From: a virus
Lineage: Duplodnaviria; Caudoviricetes
Strand: one strand, 5' to 3'
Length of the DNA: 28,607 nt
IMG/VR virus record: IMGVR_UViG_3300009151_000287
Location: 1 to 28,607 of that record
Part shown: piece after piece, positions 24,818-28,607 of the stretch
How the letters are laid out: every line of letters starts with the position of its first letter
Position numbering within the stretch: position 1 is the first letter of the stretch
The notes under the pieces: generated by a model
Seen by the model: the letters and a program-made list of their open reading frames with translations, nothing else
Database searches by the model: none
What the model was told of the DNA's origin: nothing
Program-made: the position numbers and the translations under genes

Positions 24818-25226
24818 CACGGTAGCGGGTAATGCCGCTGATTTACAGGAAGCCTTTCCTGTTGTAGACCCCGGTGCGATTCCCCTTGGTGCAAGAGTTT
24901 TAGTACAACTGCGTAAAGCCAAGCGACAGCTAAAATCGGGAATTCTTTTGCCTGAAGAAACTCGCGACACTGAACGGGCGCAAAATCCCGTCGCAAAAGT
25001 GATTGCATTGGGGCCATTGGCGTTCAAAAAGCGCGACACGATGGAGCCTTGGGTCGAGGGCATTTGGTGCGAAGTGGGAGATTACCTACGAGTGCCGAAA
25101 TGGACTGGCGACCGCTGGCAAGTTCCTCACAATGACGACGAAAACGTCGAATTCATGGTGTTGAACGACCACGAGGTGATTGCCAAAATCACTGGAAACC
25201 CACTTGAAGTGAGGGCATTCATATGA
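24801..25226 (+). CDS. GroES/Cpn10-like co-chaperonin (start may be 24807)
   Basis: PLGARVLV..KSGILLP..AKVIALGP..EVGD.....W.G..LNDHEVIAKI. Confidence 0.85.
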   Translation: MKMTDSTVAGNAADLQEAFPVVDPGAIPLGARVLVQLRKAKRQLKSGILLPEETRDTERAQNPVAKVIALGPLAFKKRDTMEPWVEGIWCEVGDYLRVPKWTGDRWQVPHNDDENVEFMVLNDHEVIAKITGNPLEVRAFI

Positions 25227-26188
25227 GCGCAGAACAAGAGCAAGAAGTAATCGTCATCCAAGAGGAAAAGGACGGCTCGGCGACCATTGAGTTGCCTCCA
25301 AGCATCCCCTCCCCCGAAGGAAATGACGACCACGACTCCGATGAGGCTGATGAAGCCGCCCGCCAACGCGAAATGGTGGTTGGTGGGGCAGTAGATGCTG
25401 ACGCGGAGGCCATGCGAGAGCAAAAACGCCTCAAGCGCCAGCGTCGCAAGGAGTATCACAAGGCTGTTTCGACCGAAAAAGACGTCAAATTGACCCTTTT
25501 GGAGCGTCAGAACCTGCAATTGTTGGAGCGGCTGTCTGTTTTGGAGCGCAAATCGCACGGAAGCGACCTTGCCCGCCTTGACAAAGCCATTGAAGACCAA
25601 GACAACCGCATTTTGTTTGCCAAACAGAAGATTGCCGAGGCAACTCGCAATGGAAACGGCGAATTACTGACTTCTGCTCAGGAAATGTGGTTCGAGGCCC
25701 GCCGACAAGCTGAGGCTTTGGCAAATCTGAAGAAACGCGCCGTTGCTCCACAGAATCAGCGCACGATTCAGGCTCCAGACCCACAGTTACAGCGCCACGC
25801 CAGCAATTGGATGGCAAATAACCCGTGGTACGACCCTAACGGTCGAGATGCCGACTCCCGCCGCGCCCTAAACGAAGACTCAATCCTTGCGGAAGAGGGG
25901 TACGACCCCAAGACTGCCGAGTATTGGGAGGAGTTGGACAGGCGCTTGCAAAGAGTAGTTCCTCACAGGTATACTGAAGAGGCAGACGAGAGACCGCGTT
26001 CTAGACCGCGAAGTGCAGTGACAGGTTCAGGCCGCGAATTTGCATCGAATAACGGCAAGGGTAATTCTTTTACCCTTTCACCTGACCAAGTCAGGGCTAT
26101 GAAAGATGCAGGTATGTGGGATGACGCTGAGAAACGAGCGAAGATGATTCGACGCTACGCCTTAGAAGCACGCAACAATAACGGTTAA
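25223..26188 (+). CDS. putative capsid scaffolding protein
   Basis: Acidic N-terminus, long coiled coil, W...NPWY motif, located between portal and capsid genes. Confidence 0.7.
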   Translation: MSAEQEQEVIVIQEEKDGSATIELPPSIPSPEGNDDHDSDEADEAARQREMVVGGAVDADAEAMREQKRLKRQRRKEYHKAVSTEKDVKLTLLERQNLQLLERLSVLERKSHGSDLARLDKAIEDQDNRILFAKQKIAEATRNGNGELLTSAQEMWFEARRQAEALANLKKRAVAPQNQRTIQAPDPQLQRHASNWMANNPWYDPNGRDADSRRALNEDSILAEEGYDPKTAEYWEELDRRLQRVVPHRYTEEADERPRSRPRSAVTGSGREFASNNGKGNSFTLSPDQVRAMKDAGMWDDAEKRAKMIRRYALEARNNNG

Positions 26189-26198
26189 GGAGTTAAAA

Positions 26199-26738
26199 AT
26201 GGATTCTCGTTTAAAGAAAAATTTGAATGCTGGAGACCGCGAAAATCGCGGCAGTCGCGACACGATTCGCGAGGCTCCAGAAGACAAAATGGCATCGTCG
26301 GATGAACGTCGCAAGATGTGGAAAGACGAGTGGGTACAAAGTGCATTGCCCTCTGTCCCCGATATGCCGGGATGGCACGTTTGCTGGTTATCTACAACCA
26401 ACAGTTACGACAGCATCGACAAGCGGATTCGGTTAGGGTACGTTCCCGTGAAAGCGGATGAGTTACCTGAAATGCGAAATAACCGCGTAAAGGCTGGCGA
26501 ACATGAAGGTTATGTCGCGTGTAATGAGATGTTGCTGTACAAGATTCCTATGGACTTGTACCAAGACGTGATGTCGCATTTTCACCATGAAGCACCGCTT
26601 GAGGAAGCGAACAAAATTCGACTTCAAGCAGAGCAAAACGTGGGCCGCGATAGTCGAGGCAGAAGCCTCGGTCAGATTGAAGGCGAAGGGCTTAATGACA
26701 TTGACAAACCGATTCCTGCCCCGTATTTTGCTGGGTAG
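26199..26738 (+). CDS. hypothetical head-module protein
   Basis: 179 aa, AAGGAG SD. Confidence 0.7.
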   Translation: MDSRLKKNLNAGDRENRGSRDTIREAPEDKMASSDERRKMWKDEWVQSALPSVPDMPGWHVCWLSTTNSYDSIDKRIRLGYVPVKADELPEMRNNRVKAGEHEGYVACNEMLLYKIPMDLYQDVMSHFHHEAPLEEANKIRLQAEQNVGRDSRGRSLGQIEGEGLNDIDKPIPAPYFAG

Positions 26739-26767
26739 GGTGTTTAACGAAACAAAGGAGTAAGACT

Positions 26768-27340
26768 ATGTCTTCAACCAATGCGCCGTTCGGTATGCGT
26801 CCTTCTTTCCACCCAACGGGTTTGGACAGAGCGGTTGCTATGCCTAACGGTATTGCTTCTGGTTACAGCACTGGCATTTTGAAAGGCCAACCTGTAGCCC
26901 TTAACACCAGTGGCAACATCATCGCCGCGACTGCTGGCAGTGCCTACCAAGGCGCTTTCGCTGGTCACGAGTGGACTGATGCCTCTGGACGTCGTCAAAT
27001 CAGCAACCAGTGGACTGCTTCTACAAGCTATCAAACTGGCTCCGAGGTGACTTACTACTACGCTGACCCCAATATTGTTTACGATATGCAGGCAGACGGT
27101 AGTTTGGCACAGACCTCTGTTGGCGACCAAGCTAACTTCAGCAACATTTCCGCTGGTTCTACAACCACTGGTTTGTCGCAATGCACCATCTCTTCGAGTT
27201 TGGCGGGTGCAGGTAACGTCGGTGATTTGCGAATCATCGGTTTGACACCTGCTGTTGATAACGCATGGGGTGATGCATACACCGTGGTTCAGGTTCAAGT
27301 GAGCCGTAGCCAGTATGTTGCCACCGTCAATGCAATTTAA
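26768..27340 (+). CDS. putative capsid decoration/cement protein
   Basis: 190-aa G/S/T/A-rich protein starting NAPFGMRP, directly before the major capsid gene; AAGGAG SD. Confidence 0.65.
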   Translation: MSSTNAPFGMRPSFHPTGLDRAVAMPNGIASGYSTGILKGQPVALNTSGNIIAATAGSAYQGAFAGHEWTDASGRRQISNQWTASTSYQTGSEVTYYYADPNIVYDMQADGSLAQTSVGDQANFSNISAGSTTTGLSQCTISSSLAGAGNVGDLRIIGLTPAVDNAWGDAYTVVQVQVSRSQYVATVNAI

Positions 27341-27353
27341 GGAGTACATATAA

Positions 27354-28268
27354 ATGGCCGCTCCAATGCGCAGTACGGACTTTAGAAGTATCGTTGAGCC
27401 TATCCTCAATGAATGCTTTGATGGAGTCTATGACCAACGTACCGATGAATGGTCACGGGTTTTCCGTGAGCAAGAAGGTATTCCCCGCAACTACCACGAA
27501 GAACCAGTCCTGTACGGATTTGGCGCTGCACCTCAACTGCCTGACGGAACTCCTGTTTCGTATCAGCAGGGTGGTGTTCTCTTCTTGCAACGCTATGTGT
27601 ACAACGTGTATGGCCTCGCCTTCGCATTGACCAAAGTGTTGGTTGAAGACGGTGACCATATCCGCATCGGTCAGGTTTACGCTCGTCACTTGGCTCAGTC
27701 TTTGATTGAGACCAAAGAGACTTTGGCGGCAAACGTGTTGAACCGTGCGTTCAACTCCTCGTACCCCGGCGGTGACGGTGTGTCTCTGAGTAACTCAGCA
27801 CACCCCATTGTGAACGGTACTTTCAGCAACTTGTTGACCACTGCGGCTAACTTGAGCCAGACATCTCTCGAACAGATGTTGATTCAAATTCGTCAAGCTG
27901 TGGACAACAACGGCAAGAAGATTCGTCTTGTGCCACGTCAACTGGTGGTAGCACCGGGCAACGTGTTCCAAGCCGAAGTTCTGCTGAAGTCTGTTCTGCG
28001 TTCAGGTACTGGCAACAACGACGTCAACCCAATCAAGTCTATTGGCTTGCTTGACGAAGGCGCTGCTGTTCTGTCACGTTTGACTTCATCTACCGCATGG
28101 TGGGTGCAGACTGATGCTCCAGAAGGTATGAAGTTGCTGATGCGTCGCAAACTCGAAAAGACTATGGAAGGTGATTTCGAGACCGACTCTATGCGCTACA
28201 AGGCCACTGAGCGTTATCAGGTGGGCTTCACTGACCCACGCGCCGTTTACGGCACACCCGGCGTCTAA
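27354..28268 (+). CDS. major capsid protein
   Basis: 304 aa; GFGAAP..PDG..VSY, ETKE..AANVLN, GGDGV.L...AHP, EGDFET...RYKA.ERY..G..DPR; strong SD and a downstream terminator. Confidence 0.88.
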   Translation: MAAPMRSTDFRSIVEPILNECFDGVYDQRTDEWSRVFREQEGIPRNYHEEPVLYGFGAAPQLPDGTPVSYQQGGVLFLQRYVYNVYGLAFALTKVLVEDGDHIRIGQVYARHLAQSLIETKETLAANVLNRAFNSSYPGGDGVSLSNSAHPIVNGTFSNLLTTAANLSQTSLEQMLIQIRQAVDNNGKKIRLVPRQLVVAPGNVFQAEVLLKSVLRSGTGNNDVNPIKSIGLLDEGAAVLSRLTSSTAWWVQTDAPEGMKLLMRRKLEKTMEGDFETDSMRYKATERYQVGFTDPRAVYGTPGV

Positions 28269-28278
28269 AACGCCACAG

Positions 28279-28309
28279 GGGGTTGGGATAAAACCCAGCC
28301 CCTTTTTTT
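28279..28309 (+). terminator. Rho-independent terminator after the capsid gene
   Basis: GGGGTTGGG-ATAAAA-CCCAGCCCC then seven T. Confidence 0.9.
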
Positions 28310-28341
28310 AAACATCGGTCAAACTTTTCAAGGAGAAGACC

Positions 28342-28607
28342 ATGCCCCAATATTCAGACGACCTATTCTTAGGCCCAGCCCAAACCTACATGGGTACGGG
28401 TCTGCGCCCCTACACCTCAACCTTTACTGGTTCAATTTCAACCACGTTATTGAACGTCACAGCAATGCTGTCTGGTTCTCCAATCGTGGTTGGTATGTAC
28501 ATTGACGGTACTAGCGTGACCGACGGTACTTACATTACTGCCTTTGGCACTGGTACTGGAGGTACGGGTACTTACACGGTTAACCAATCGGTGACCGCTT
28601 CTAGTAC
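28342..28607 (+). CDS. virion structural protein, cut by the window end
   Basis: AAGGAG SD; [11 protein letters not shown]...[14 protein letters not shown]...[13 protein letters not shown], Thr/Gly-rich. Confidence 0.7.
   Translation, partial: MPQYSDDLFLGPAQTYMGTGLRPYTSTFTGSISTTLLNVTAMLSGSPIVVGMYIDGTSVTDGTYITAFGTGTGGTGTYTVNQSVTASS

Noticed and set aside
26774-27409. 211-aa minus-strand ORF
   Set aside because: Antisense shadow of the decoration-like gene

Overview
A 28.6-kb piece of a tailed dsDNA phage genome; the ejection-protein-like genes, portal and gene order suggest a podovirus-type phage. No host genes, rRNA, tRNA, CRISPR array, integrase or CI repressor were seen. Order: (1) end of the virion module, with an ejection-like protein and a lytic transglycosylase protein interrupted by one in-frame TGA, closed by a terminator; (2) a leftward operon with SSB, two PD-(D/E)xK nucleases and small ORFs; (3) a divergent promoter region and a rightward operon with Cro-like HTH, DUF1376/YdaU initiator, primase Zn-finger, DnaB-like helicase, RusA and Ref-like HNH; (4) an accessory region of many small genes behind three copies of one promoter/leader cassette; (5) terS, terL, a 1544-aa polyvalent protein, portal, GroES-like protein, scaffold, decoration-like protein and major capsid protein. 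The main candidate for a new system is the 1544-aa protein between terL and portal: an unknown domain, an ADP-ribosyltransferase, a ParB-like domain and a PcfJ-like domain, joined by a repeated (M/K)A(D/E/Q)(G/A)G plus basic amphipathic helix linker, which looks like a swappable effector polyprotein. All protein calls come from motif recognition by eye; no database search was run.
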